This document shows positions 1 through 9,319 of a DNA stretch of 64,000 bases, one piece after another. A model generated the notes under the pieces. It was not told where the DNA came from. It did no database searches and saw only the letters and a program-made list of their open reading frames with translations. The position numbers were made by a program, and so were the translations under genes. How positions within the stretch are numbered: position 1 is the first letter of the stretch; every line of letters begins with the position of its first letter. Source of the stretch: Vicinamibacterales bacterium. Its GTDB lineage: Bacteria > Acidobacteriota > Vicinamibacteria > Vicinamibacterales > CAVVIG01. The stretch covers positions 628 through 64,627 of the forward strand of contig JBEBGG010000003.1 of NCBI GenBank assembly GCA_040081555.1, read 5' to 3'.

Positions 1-35
1 TATTCGATTGCCCGGATGCGGCGACGCACGCAGGG

Positions 36-473
36 TTGACGCTGCCCATGACGGTGGATGTCCAAGTGGCGGCGTTCGCACAGAATGCGACCTTGCACGC
101 ATCGGAGGCGGATTACCTGAGCGCACAGGCGGCGCAAGGCATGTCGTTTCCAGCCAAGGCAGTCATTCCCTCTGGCGTGATCGCGCCGTCTGGCCAACCC
201 GTCTCCCCGCCCGAGCCCCACGCACTCATCAGCGGGCTCGTTCTCGAAGCCGACGAACGCCACAACGCGATCACGGGCAACGCATTCTTCTGGGCACTGG
301 TCGAGAGCGTCGGCGGCACGTTTGACGTCATCATCGACCCGACACTGCTCACCCACCGGCCAAGCGCCGGCAACGTCGTCTCCGGTTGGTTCTGGCTCTC
401 AGGTCGAATCATCACGCAGACCACGGCCCCCTCGGCCCGCAGCTGGTTCGGCAGGCTGACGGGGAGGAAGTAG
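36..473 (+). CDS. hypothetical protein (frame stays open to the window start, so possibly 5'-truncated)
   Basis: 145-aa ORF with protein-like composition. It starts at TTG and there is no stop in frame upstream to nt 3. No recognisable motifs. Confidence 0.4.
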   Translation: MTLPMTVDVQVAAFAQNATLHASEADYLSAQAAQGMSFPAKAVIPSGVIAPSGQPVSPPEPHALISGLVLEADERHNAITGNAFFWALVESVGGTFDVIIDPTLLTHRPSAGNVVSGWFWLSGRIITQTTAPSARSWFGRLTGRK

Positions 474-480
474 GCGGCCT

Positions 481-1701
481 ATGAACGCCGACGCTCGCGC
501 GCCGCGCGCCGAGGGTGCGGCGGTGACCGTGCTCGCAGCGATCAGCGCCTCACACTTCCTGAACGACGCGATTCAGTCGCTGCTCCCAGCCATCTATCCC
601 GTGCTGAAGCAGACCTTCGGGCTGTCATTCGCGCAGGTCGGACTCATGACGCTGGCGCTCATGCTGACGGCGTCGATCCTTCAGCCGCTGGTCGGCCTCT
701 ACACCGACAAACGACCGACGCCCCAGGCACTCACGCTTGGTATGGGCTTCTCGCTGCTCGGCCTGCTGTTGCTCTCCGTGGCGTCGACCTTCGGCCTCTT
801 GCTGGTGGCCGCCGGACTCGTCGGTCTCGGCTCATCGATCTTCCATCCCGAGTCGTCGCGCGTGGCTCGAATGGCGTCAGGCGGCAAGCACGGGCTCGCG
901 CAATCCGTCTTTCAAGTCGGGGGAAATCTCGGCTCGGCGACTGGTCCGCTGCTTGGCGCCTGGCTCGTGGCACCGTTTGGCCAGCGCAGCATCGCGTGGT
1001 GCTCACTACTGGCGCTGGCTGGAATGGTCGTCGTCTCCCGTGTCGGGCAGTGGACCAGGAGTCGCCACCTCGCCCGCCGACCGCGCCCTTCACACGAGGG
1101 CGACCCCGTCGCGACGGTCACATCTCGCCGAGCCGCCTGGTCGATTGCCATTCTTGCCGCACTGATCTTCTCCAAGTACTTCTACCTGGCCAGCCTCAGC
1201 GTCTACTACACGTTCTATCTCATCGAGAAGTTTCACGTCTCGGTGCAGACGGCGCAGCTCGATCTCTTCAGCTTCCTCGGCGCTGTCGCCGTTGGCACAA
1301 TTCTCGGCGGCCCGATCGGCGATCGCATCGGCCGCAAGCCCGTGATCTGGGGCTCGATCCTCGGCATCCTGCCGCTGACCCTGCTCCTCCCTCACGCCAA
1401 TCTGGTCTGGACGCGCATCCTGGTAGTCCTCATCGGGCTCGTCCTCGCGTCCGCGTTTTCGGCCATCGTGGTCTACGCACAGGAACTCGTGCCTGGGCGG
1501 GTCGGTCTCATCGCGGGTCTGTTCTTCGGTTTCGCCTTCGGCATGGGTGGCATCGGCGCGGCCGCGCTCGGTGCACTCGCCGACGCGATCGGCATCGAAG
1601 CGGTGTACCGAATCTGCGCCTACCTGCCGGCGATCGGCCTCCTCGCGGCGTTTCTGCCCGATCTGGAAGGTCACAAGGTCCGCGGCAGCGAACCCACGTA
1701 A
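481..1701 (+). CDS. MFS transporter, Fsr (fosmidomycin-resistance)-like
   Basis: 406 aa and polytopic. The N-terminal 'SHFLNDAIQSLLPAIYPVL' motif is typical of the Fsr subfamily of MFS. About 12 hydrophobic segments. Confidence 0.85.
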   Translation: MNADARAPRAEGAAVTVLAAISASHFLNDAIQSLLPAIYPVLKQTFGLSFAQVGLMTLALMLTASILQPLVGLYTDKRPTPQALTLGMGFSLLGLLLLSVASTFGLLLVAAGLVGLGSSIFHPESSRVARMASGGKHGLAQSVFQVGGNLGSATGPLLGAWLVAPFGQRSIAWCSLLALAGMVVVSRVGQWTRSRHLARRPRPSHEGDPVATVTSRRAAWSIAILAALIFSKYFYLASLSVYYTFYLIEKFHVSVQTAQLDLFSFLGAVAVGTILGGPIGDRIGRKPVIWGSILGILPLTLLLPHANLVWTRILVVLIGLVLASAFSAIVVYAQELVPGRVGLIAGLFFGFAFGMGGIGAAALGALADAIGIEAVYRICAYLPAIGLLAAFLPDLEGHKVRGSEPT

Positions 1702-1836
1702 CCAGACGGCACGATCGCCAGACCGCCCGCTGGTATGTGTCGCCCCCCCGTCACATGGTCGATCTACTGACAGGGTTCGCGTGCCAGTTCGGCAGTTTTC
1801 CTAATAATTCTGGCTCCGTCCACCCCGGCACCCGGC

Positions 1837-4404
1837 TTGCGGCGCGCTCTGGGCGTGATCGACCCGACGAGCACTGACGGCACGCCCGTCAACCGAATCA
1901 GTTCGCCACTCGAAGCCAACCTGGCCCTGCTGCCCGCTGCCACCCAACAGGCGCTGCGGGCGGCCACCGCCCAGCCGGCCACGAGCCTCCATGGTCACGG
2001 CGCACAACTTCGCGCGTCGGTGAAGACCGACGATGGGCGCTGGGTGCCGGTGCATAGCTCGGACGACCCGCTGGCCGCTTCGGCGCGTGTGGCCGAGCGC
2101 TTCGCGGCCTCAAACCCGCCGCTCGTCATCGTCGTGGGTCTGGGGCTCGGCTACCTGCTCGACGCACTCGAATCGACCACCGCGACCACGCGCGTGCTGG
2201 CGATTGAACCGATGCCGGCCATCACCCGCGCCATGCTCACGCGGCGCGACTGGAAGGCATGGCTGTCATCCGGACGCCTGACCATCCTGACCGGCCCCGA
2301 CTACACCGGCTCCGCCGAAGTGTGGGGACTGTTTGGCCGCGGTGCCGCGACGCCACCGATCATCATGGCGCCAATGCTCGAGCGAGAGTTTCCTGAGGAA
2401 GCCCTGCGTGCAAGAGCACTCGCGACACAGGTGATCGCAGGGGCCCTGGCCAACGAACACGCGCGGCGCCAATTTGCCGGCCGGTATCTGCTCAACACAC
2501 TCGCCAACATTCCCGTCGTCGCGAAGGAAGGCGACAGCGCCTCCCTCTTTGGCGCATTTTCTCGCGTGCCCGCCATTGTGGTCGGCGCAGGCCCGTCGCT
2601 CGATCGCAACATTCGCGAACTCCAGAAGATGGAGGGGCGGGTCCTGCTGATCGCGGTCGACACCGCACTGCGCCCCTTGCTGGCCGCGGGCATCGTGCCT
2701 CAGATCGTCGTCTCTGTAGACCCGAGCGAACTGAATGCGCGACACCTCAGAAACATCGCCGACCGCCGCGGCTCATGGCTGGTGGCCGAAGCCAGCATCG
2801 ATCCGGCAGTCTTCCCGTCGTATGCGGGCCGCACGTTCACGTTCAATGTGAGTCAGCATCAGCCGTGGCCCTGGCTTTCAGCTCACGGCCTCGGTCGAGG
2901 GACGCTACGCGCCTGGGGCTCGGTGCTCACCACCGCGTTCGACCTGGCCATTCGCGCCGGCTGCGACCCGATCGTCTTTGCGGGCGCCGACCTCGCGTAC
3001 AGCGGCGGTCTCCAGTACTGCCGCAACACCACCTACGAGGACAAGTGGCGCGACTTTCCAACCGACGCCGCCCGCGTCGAACTGTTCAAGACCTATCTCG
3101 CCGAACGTCCACACCTGACCCAACCAGACGTGCACGGCGGAGCAGTGACGACGACGCCGCACTTTGTTCAGTTCCGCGACTGGATCGTCTCGCGCGCCAA
3201 CGAAGCGGCGGACCGGCGCATTGTCAATGCGACAGGCGGCGGGATTCTGCAGGGTGGGCGGATCGCGCAGACCGACTTCTCGGTGTTGCATCTCCCGAAG
3301 GCCAAGCACGATCTCGGTCTCCATCGTCGACTACATTCCGCCTGGGCGGCCGGCCTCGATCAGCGCCGCCACGCAGTCGCGCAACTCGAACACGCGATCA
3401 CACCCAGTGAGACGCGTCCCATGGATGCGTGGCTCGACTTTGGCGGCGACACGGCGTCGCGCCAACAGATTGACGCCGCGGCCGACCATGCGGCGCACGA
3501 GATCTCGCGTCAGGCACGAACTGCCATCGCTCTGGAAGCGCAGGCCGCCCATGCTGATGCGCACGCTCAGTCGCTCGCGCAGGCACAGGCCTGGATTCAT
3601 CCCAACTACGCGTTTGCGTGCGAGCAGGCCGAGGGACAGCAGGCGCATGTCCTGCTCAACCACCTGCAGCGCACGCATCCGCTCGTCGCCCCGGCCAACC
3701 TCCGGGCGATTGTCGATCGTGCCACCTCACGCCCTGGACCACTCAGGGCGCTCGACATCGGTTGTGGCCTTGGCCGAACCATGGTGCCGCTGGCCACGGC
3801 CGGACACCACGTCGACGGAGTCGATATCAGCCAGGCGATGATCGAACTGGCGCAGCAAGACCCGACGCTCACCGCGTCGCGTTTCTTTGTCAGCGACGGC
3901 GACGACTGCGGCGCCGCACCTGACGGGGCCTATGACATCGCCACGCTGCACCTGACGCTGCACCTGATCACGTCCAGGTCGGTGCGTCAATCACTCCTGC
4001 GCTCGATCGCCCGGGCCCTTCGCCCAGGCGGGACGTTCTTCGCGCAGATGCCGTTCTATCCCGACTGCACTGCCGCAACGGTGCCCGCTCCGCACCTGCC
4101 GTGGCAGGCAGACGGCCTAGACCGCCAGGCGCCCTCGTCGGGCGGCCACGTGTGGCCCACGACTGACGCGCTGCCGGACATCTTCAGCGATTTCAGTGAG
4201 GTCTTTCGCGACGTCCAATTCCAGTTCGTGAACTTCCCCGAGAAGACCGCGCGTCACGACGGCAGCCTCAGACCTATCACCCACCTGCTCGTGAGCGGCT
4301 CATCCGCCGACGCCCTGGCCGTACGAATCTACGCGCTGCCAACGTCAACCCCGGCCAAGCGTGAGGCGGTGCTCGCCTTCCCTGGCGCCCAGAGACACCC
4401 ATGA
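1837..4404 (+). CDS. Maf-like DUF115 (MptE-like) domain protein fused to a C-terminal class I SAM-dependent methyltransferase
   Basis: The central segment 'VVGAGPSLDRN...LLIAVDTALRPLLAAGIVPQIVVSVDP' matches the DUF115/motility-accessory-factor signature. The C-terminus has SAM motif I 'ALDIGCGLGRTMVPLATAGHHVDGVDIS' and 'LRPGGTFF'. The start (TTG 1837 or GTG 1855) is uncertain. Confidence 0.75.
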   Translation: MRRALGVIDPTSTDGTPVNRISSPLEANLALLPAATQQALRAATAQPATSLHGHGAQLRASVKTDDGRWVPVHSSDDPLAASARVAERFAASNPPLVIVVGLGLGYLLDALESTTATTRVLAIEPMPAITRAMLTRRDWKAWLSSGRLTILTGPDYTGSAEVWGLFGRGAATPPIIMAPMLEREFPEEALRARALATQVIAGALANEHARRQFAGRYLLNTLANIPVVAKEGDSASLFGAFSRVPAIVVGAGPSLDRNIRELQKMEGRVLLIAVDTALRPLLAAGIVPQIVVSVDPSELNARHLRNIADRRGSWLVAEASIDPAVFPSYAGRTFTFNVSQHQPWPWLSAHGLGRGTLRAWGSVLTTAFDLAIRAGCDPIVFAGADLAYSGGLQYCRNTTYEDKWRDFPTDAARVELFKTYLAERPHLTQPDVHGGAVTTTPHFVQFRDWIVSRANEAADRRIVNATGGGILQGGRIAQTDFSVLHLPKAKHDLGLHRRLHSAWAAGLDQRRHAVAQLEHAITPSETRPMDAWLDFGGDTASRQQIDAAADHAAHEISRQARTAIALEAQAAHADAHAQSLAQAQAWIHPNYAFACEQAEGQQAHVLLNHLQRTHPLVAPANLRAIVDRATSRPGPLRALDIGCGLGRTMVPLATAGHHVDGVDISQAMIELAQQDPTLTASRFFVSDGDDCGAAPDGAYDIATLHLTLHLITSRSVRQSLLRSIARALRPGGTFFAQMPFYPDCTAATVPAPHLPWQADGLDRQAPSSGGHVWPTTDALPDIFSDFSEVFRDVQFQFVNFPEKTARHDGSLRPITHLLVSGSSADALAVRIYALPTSTPAKREAVLAFPGAQRHP

Positions 4405-5471
4405 CACCATCGAACGAACGCGCAATCATCTTCGGAGCAGGCACCAGGGGCCGTGATGCCCTGGCCGCGATCGCGGCAAGTGGTCCGGTCATCGGCTTTG
4501 CCGACAACGACCCGAACCAGCAACAGACCACGGTGCTCGGTCACCCGGTGTTCGCACCATCGGCCCTGAGCTCGCTGGAGTTCGACGTGGTGTACCTGGC
4601 CAGCGGACAGGTCGGGCGTATCAGACGCCAGCTCACCGACCTGGGCATCGACCCGTCGCGCATCCGCCTCGTCGCTGGCCTCGAAGACCAGCCCATGGTG
4701 CCAGGGCCTGAGGTCGCCCCACCGCAGAACTCGCTCGATCAGTATCTGAACAAGGGCTATCACGACATCGCCGGCTGGCTCTACATGCCAGCCGTCGAGG
4801 CGACCTTGATGCTTGCAGACATCCAGCGCGCGCACCTGGCGCCGGGACCGCTCTGCGAAATCGGCGTCTGGGAGGGACGCTATCTCTCGCTGCTCTCCTT
4901 CTTACCGGAGACGCCGCAGCGTGTCCTCGCCATCGACCCGCTCTACCACGGCGGCGACCGCGACGCCCAGCTGGCGAGGTTGCAGCACAACATCGCCACC
5001 TACGCACGCCGCCCGGACCTTGTCACGCTGCTCCAGCGCGACTCGAAAGAGGTGACACCGGACGCCATCCTCGCCATCCTCGGTGCCAAGTGTCAGTTTG
5101 TCAGCGTCGATGGCGACCACACCATGGAGGGCGCCCTTCACGATCTCCAGATCGCCGAGGCCATCACCGCCGAAGGGGGCATCGTCTCCCTCGACGATAT
5201 CCCGAACTTCTCCTGCCCCGGCGTGACCGAGGCCATCATGCGACATGCGCTGGACGAGTCGAGTCAGCTGGCGCCATTCCTACTCGTCGCCAACAAGCTG
5301 TTCCTGACACAGAAGTCTTACTGCGAGGTCTATCGGCGCGAGGTGACGGCACGAGCCGGAGCAGGCGCGGCCGGTGACTGGGGCAAGAAAGTGCTGGCCC
5401 ACTACCAGAGGATGAAGGCGCTCAACGTGCCGGTGCGTTTTCTCGGCCAGGAACTACTGGTCGCCGCCTAG
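4401..5471 (+). CDS. Rossmann-like N-domain plus class I SAM-dependent methyltransferase (Methyltransf_24-like)
   Basis: ATGA overlap with the upstream stop. N-terminus 'IIFGAGTRGRDAL...GFADNDP'. C-terminus 'CEIGVWEGRYL...VSVDGDHTMEGALHDL...GGIVSLDD'. Confidence 0.7.
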   Translation: MTPSNERAIIFGAGTRGRDALAAIAASGPVIGFADNDPNQQQTTVLGHPVFAPSALSSLEFDVVYLASGQVGRIRRQLTDLGIDPSRIRLVAGLEDQPMVPGPEVAPPQNSLDQYLNKGYHDIAGWLYMPAVEATLMLADIQRAHLAPGPLCEIGVWEGRYLSLLSFLPETPQRVLAIDPLYHGGDRDAQLARLQHNIATYARRPDLVTLLQRDSKEVTPDAILAILGAKCQFVSVDGDHTMEGALHDLQIAEAITAEGGIVSLDDIPNFSCPGVTEAIMRHALDESSQLAPFLLVANKLFLTQKSYCEVYRREVTARAGAGAAGDWGKKVLAHYQRMKALNVPVRFLGQELLVAA

Positions 5472-5474
5472 CGC

Positions 5475-6446
5475 GTGCCGAACATGGCTGACACTCCACT
5501 CACCCCGACAGACCGCCCGGCTGGCGTCGACGCCTACCTGCGCATGGAAAAGGCGCACTACGCGGCCCTTGTCGGACGTTCTGCCTACGGCGACGAGGCG
5601 TTTGCGACGCGTGACGACGACGAACTCGTCGTCGGCTCCTATGTCTCGCACGAAGCGTACGACTACGAGCGATTTCTCATCGGTGGCCTGAGTCGAAAGC
5701 CGGGTGCGGTGGCGCTCGACTACGGATGCGGCCCGGGCCGGATGGTCAAGCGGATGGCTCGCCACTTCTCCCGCGTGGACGGCGTCGACATCTCGCCGGA
5801 CGTGATTGCCGTTGCGGCTCGCCGGTGTGCGGACATTCAGCCGGCGCCGCGCTTCTTTGTCACGCCAGGCGACTCGGTGCCGACCGCGGCAGGCAACGAC
5901 TACGACTTTGCCTTCTCGGTCATCTGTCTGCAGCACATTTGCGTCTACTCGATCCGCCGCAGGATTCTGGCGAGCCTGTTCGAGGCGCTCAAGCCCGGCG
6001 GGGTGCTGTCATTTCAGATGGGTTACGGCCCGGGCCATCCCAACATGGTGGACTACGAGCAGGACTTCGTCGACGCCAACGCCACCAACGGCGTCATCGA
6101 CGCCGGCGTGCTGCACCCCGGGGAGATTGCCGCGGACCTGCAGAGCATCGGTTTCACTCGCATGGCATTCGCGCTGACGCCGGCAGGGCCGGGCGACAAA
6201 CACGGCGCGTGGATTTTTGTCCGCGCGGTCAAGCCGGGGCAGGAGGCGCTGCTCGGTCACACCGACCCGTCCTACTGGACGCCCTACGGATTCACGACGC
6301 TCGCGGTGGACGACCTCGCGGTGCAGCACGCTCGCCGCACCCAACGCCAGCACGGGGTACTCGGCCGGCGACGGCAACTGCACCACAGAGTCGCGGCACT
6401 TGAACACACACTGGCGGCCGCTCGAGCCGCCCTCGTCAACGCTTGA
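5475..6446 (+). CDS. class I SAM-dependent methyltransferase
   Basis: Motif I 'ALDYGCGPGRMV', 'VDGVDISPDVIAVA', 'LKPGGVLSFQ'. Alternative ATG start at 5484. Confidence 0.8.
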   Translation: MPNMADTPLTPTDRPAGVDAYLRMEKAHYAALVGRSAYGDEAFATRDDDELVVGSYVSHEAYDYERFLIGGLSRKPGAVALDYGCGPGRMVKRMARHFSRVDGVDISPDVIAVAARRCADIQPAPRFFVTPGDSVPTAAGNDYDFAFSVICLQHICVYSIRRRILASLFEALKPGGVLSFQMGYGPGHPNMVDYEQDFVDANATNGVIDAGVLHPGEIAADLQSIGFTRMAFALTPAGPGDKHGAWIFVRAVKPGQEALLGHTDPSYWTPYGFTTLAVDDLAVQHARRTQRQHGVLGRRRQLHHRVAALEHTLAAARAALVNA

Positions 6447-6458
6447 TGGACCAGTGAC

Positions 6459-6938
6459 ATGTCTCAGTCCTCTGACGCGCAGGTGATTCCGTTTGACGGC
6501 CTCAAAGGCCGCGCCCTCTCCGGGCTACTACAGCTGCCCTTTGTGCGATTCCATCGCGTGCAGCTCGGCTTTGTGGAGCGGCCGGCCCAATACCGACGTT
6601 TTCTCGCCGAGGTCATTGGCCCGCGGCTCTTCGCCCTGCCGGAACCGCTCGGTGTCTTTGGCGCTGGCGAGCACTCACGAGTCCTGCTGGAGGCGATTCC
6701 GGAACTCGAGCCGCGCATCTTCTGCTTCATCGACAACAACTCCGGGCTGTGGGGCAAGGAACGCTTCGGCAAGCTGGTGCTCTCGCCCGCAGACGCGCTG
6801 CCGCAATGCGGCGGCATCTTCCTGTCGACCGCCGTGTTCCAGCACGTCCTGCGTGCTGATGTCAGGAAACGCGGCTACTCAGGCCCCGTCGTCGCCGTCG
6901 ACGACCTGGTGCCGCCATCGTGGTTTCTGACCGCCTAG
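6459..6938 (+). CDS. hypothetical protein with a Rossmann-like 'FGAGEH...FIDNN' segment
   Basis: 159-aa ORF packed in the operon. 'VFGAGEHSRVLL...FCFIDNNSGLWGK' resembles the N-domain of the 4401-5471 product. Confidence 0.5.
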   Translation: MSQSSDAQVIPFDGLKGRALSGLLQLPFVRFHRVQLGFVERPAQYRRFLAEVIGPRLFALPEPLGVFGAGEHSRVLLEAIPELEPRIFCFIDNNSGLWGKERFGKLVLSPADALPQCGGIFLSTAVFQHVLRADVRKRGYSGPVVAVDDLVPPSWFLTA

Positions 6939-6943
6939 GACAC

Positions 6944-9319
6944 ATGATGCCGAATTCGACCACGCTCACACCCGCCCCGATGCTGTCGGTCGTCGTGCCC
7001 ACGCACGGCCGGACCGCGCTCTTTCTCGACACGCTGGCCAGCCTCGCGGCGCAGACCCTGGACTCATTCGAGCTGATCGTGACAGACGACTCGACGGACT
7101 GGGCCGATCGGCTCGTCATCCAGGAAGCCACCATGAGGTTCAGCGCCGAGACCACGCGTCCGGCGCGCTACCTGTTCTCGACGGCGAGACTCGGCCAGGC
7201 CAGAAACACCAATCAGGGACTCTACGCCGCACGCGGCCGTTTCGTGCGCATCCTGCACAGCGACGACCTGCTGTCGCCCCAGGCGCTCGAAGCCGAAGTG
7301 TCCCTGCTGAGCGACTCACGCCTCTCGCTCGACATCCTCTACCACCTGGTCGAACCCTTCAGTGAGGCACCGAAGTTCGACCAATCACCGTCGCTGACGT
7401 TGGTGCAACCGTCGTTGTTCTTCCGCTCGTGTCTGCACTCCGGCACACCGCTCCCCTCGGCCACCGTGTTTCGCCGCGAACTGCTCGATGAGGTCGGCGG
7501 CATGCGCGAGGACTTCGACTTTCTCTGCGACTGGGAGTTCTTCACCAGACTGTTGACGACGCAATACCAGCGGCAGCGCTTTCTTGGCCGGTTGACGCCG
7601 GGCTTCGTCGGCTGGCGCGTGCATCCCAACAGCACGACCGGCACGCTGTGGCATCGTCACTTCCTCGAACATGAACAGTTCATGAACGAGATGCGGGCCA
7701 ACTCGGAATACTGCGAGACCTTGATCGGGGATCAGGGCACGCGGGACGGCTTCTTTGCAAAGGCCGTGCGCTACCGCTATCGTCGGCTGGCGCAGGACGT
7801 GGTCAAGATGTCGCGCCTGCAGTTGCTGAAGGCGCTGCCGAGGATCGCCCGCTGCGCCTTGTCACCGACCTCACTGCGCGAGCGACTGACGCCGGCCCCC
7901 TGGACAGCGCGCGGCGGCAGAAAGTATCCAAGTCTGGTCGTGGAATGCGACGTGCCGGCGGCACCCTCGACGTCGGCCCCGGCGCCGTCACCCGTGGCCG
8001 CGCCACCCTCGTTTGTCGAGCCGCGCACCGGCGTCCGGTTCGTCGCCTCAGCGTATACGTCGGCCGCCATCATCCGGTGGGGCAAGGCGCATGCAGCCGC
8101 GTTCCAGCCGGTCGGCGGCGGCCAGGTCGATCCAGCCCTGGGCACGGAGACCGCACTGAACAATGCGGCGAGCAGCAACGGACCAGCGCCGCTCACCATT
8201 GGCCCGGACGTGGAAGTGCACCACTCGCTGATGCGGCAGCCCAACCTCCCATCAGCGGTCCGCATCGTCACGGAGTACAACAACAGCATCAACTTCTGGG
8301 CGTTGCGTCAGTTGATTCGCGGCGCCGCCAACATGACGTTGCACGAGATCAACGCGAACACCTTTGTCGAGCCGGTCGTGCATCAGTCGCTGAAGTATCT
8401 CAGCGTCGGCAGCGCGTTCCAGACGACCATCTTCGACAACCAGCACCTGACATCGTTTGGTTTCAAGTCGCTCCTGGACCGGTTGTTCGATGGCCAGTTC
8501 GCCTGGAGTAGCCAACACAAAGGTGGCCCCCTGCAGCACACGATGCGCTACGAGCGGAAACGCGCCGGCCATCGGACCTACCTGACCGCGCATACGGGGT
8601 GGACCTTCGGGATTCTGACCACCGGCGCACGACTCGGCAACGTCGAGCAGTTCATCAACTCGGTTGAACAGCACTGCCGCGAGCCCTACGAGATTCTGGT
8701 CGTCTCACCCGTGGACATCGGCCCGCTCGCGGCGCGACGACACGTCCGGGTACTCAGCTTCGCCGAGCACGACGACCTGGGCTGGATCACGAAGAAGAAG
8801 AATCTGATTTGCGAGGAGGCGGCCTACTCCGACATCCTCGTCTGCCACGACCGCTTCACACTCGATCCGCAGTTCACCAGCGATTTTGCGGCATGGGGCT
8901 ACGGCTACGGGCTGGCCGCCGTGCGGGTGCGCCTGGCCGATGGCCGACGCGGCCTCGACTGGGCCGTGGTGAGCAGTCAGAACCAGGTCTGGTCAGCGGG
9001 TGGGTTGCTCGACTACCGCGCCTACTCCCAATACGCCTATAACCCTGGCGGCGCGACGCTGGTGCGCAAGGCCTTCTGGCGTGATTTCCAGTGGAATGAA
9101 AACCTGTTCTGGAACGAGCATGAGGACGTCGAGCTCTGTCGCCGCGTGCAACGCGCCGGCGGCCTCATCGCACTGACCACCGCCAACGTCGTCGCCATCG
9201 AGGATCGCTGGGTGGACGCCAACCCGCGGATTCCGTATTGCGACCAGAACGAAGTGCTCTACGGCCGGCCGGTTGGCGAGCAGCGCATCAAGTTCATCTC
9301 CAGGCAGGCTGCAGCATGA
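6944..9319 (+). CDS. family 2 glycosyltransferase with a second GT-A-like C-terminal domain
   Basis: N-terminus 'LSVVVPTHGRTALFLDTLASLAAQTLDSFELIVTDDSTD' is the GT2 signature. C-terminus 'TFGILTTGARLGNVEQFINSVEQHC..YEILVVSP' is a second GT-A-like start. ATG 6944 was chosen because it lies just after the upstream stop at 6938. Confidence 0.8.
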   Translation: MMPNSTTLTPAPMLSVVVPTHGRTALFLDTLASLAAQTLDSFELIVTDDSTDWADRLVIQEATMRFSAETTRPARYLFSTARLGQARNTNQGLYAARGRFVRILHSDDLLSPQALEAEVSLLSDSRLSLDILYHLVEPFSEAPKFDQSPSLTLVQPSLFFRSCLHSGTPLPSATVFRRELLDEVGGMREDFDFLCDWEFFTRLLTTQYQRQRFLGRLTPGFVGWRVHPNSTTGTLWHRHFLEHEQFMNEMRANSEYCETLIGDQGTRDGFFAKAVRYRYRRLAQDVVKMSRLQLLKALPRIARCALSPTSLRERLTPAPWTARGGRKYPSLVVECDVPAAPSTSAPAPSPVAAPPSFVEPRTGVRFVASAYTSAAIIRWGKAHAAAFQPVGGGQVDPALGTETALNNAASSNGPAPLTIGPDVEVHHSLMRQPNLPSAVRIVTEYNNSINFWALRQLIRGAANMTLHEINANTFVEPVVHQSLKYLSVGSAFQTTIFDNQHLTSFGFKSLLDRLFDGQFAWSSQHKGGPLQHTMRYERKRAGHRTYLTAHTGWTFGILTTGARLGNVEQFINSVEQHCREPYEILVVSPVDIGPLAARRHVRVLSFAEHDDLGWITKKKNLICEEAAYSDILVCHDRFTLDPQFTSDFAAWGYGYGLAAVRVRLADGRRGLDWAVVSSQNQVWSAGGLLDYRAYSQYAYNPGGATLVRKAFWRDFQWNENLFWNEHEDVELCRRVQRAGGLIALTTANVVAIEDRWVDANPRIPYCDQNEVLYGRPVGEQRIKFISRQAAA

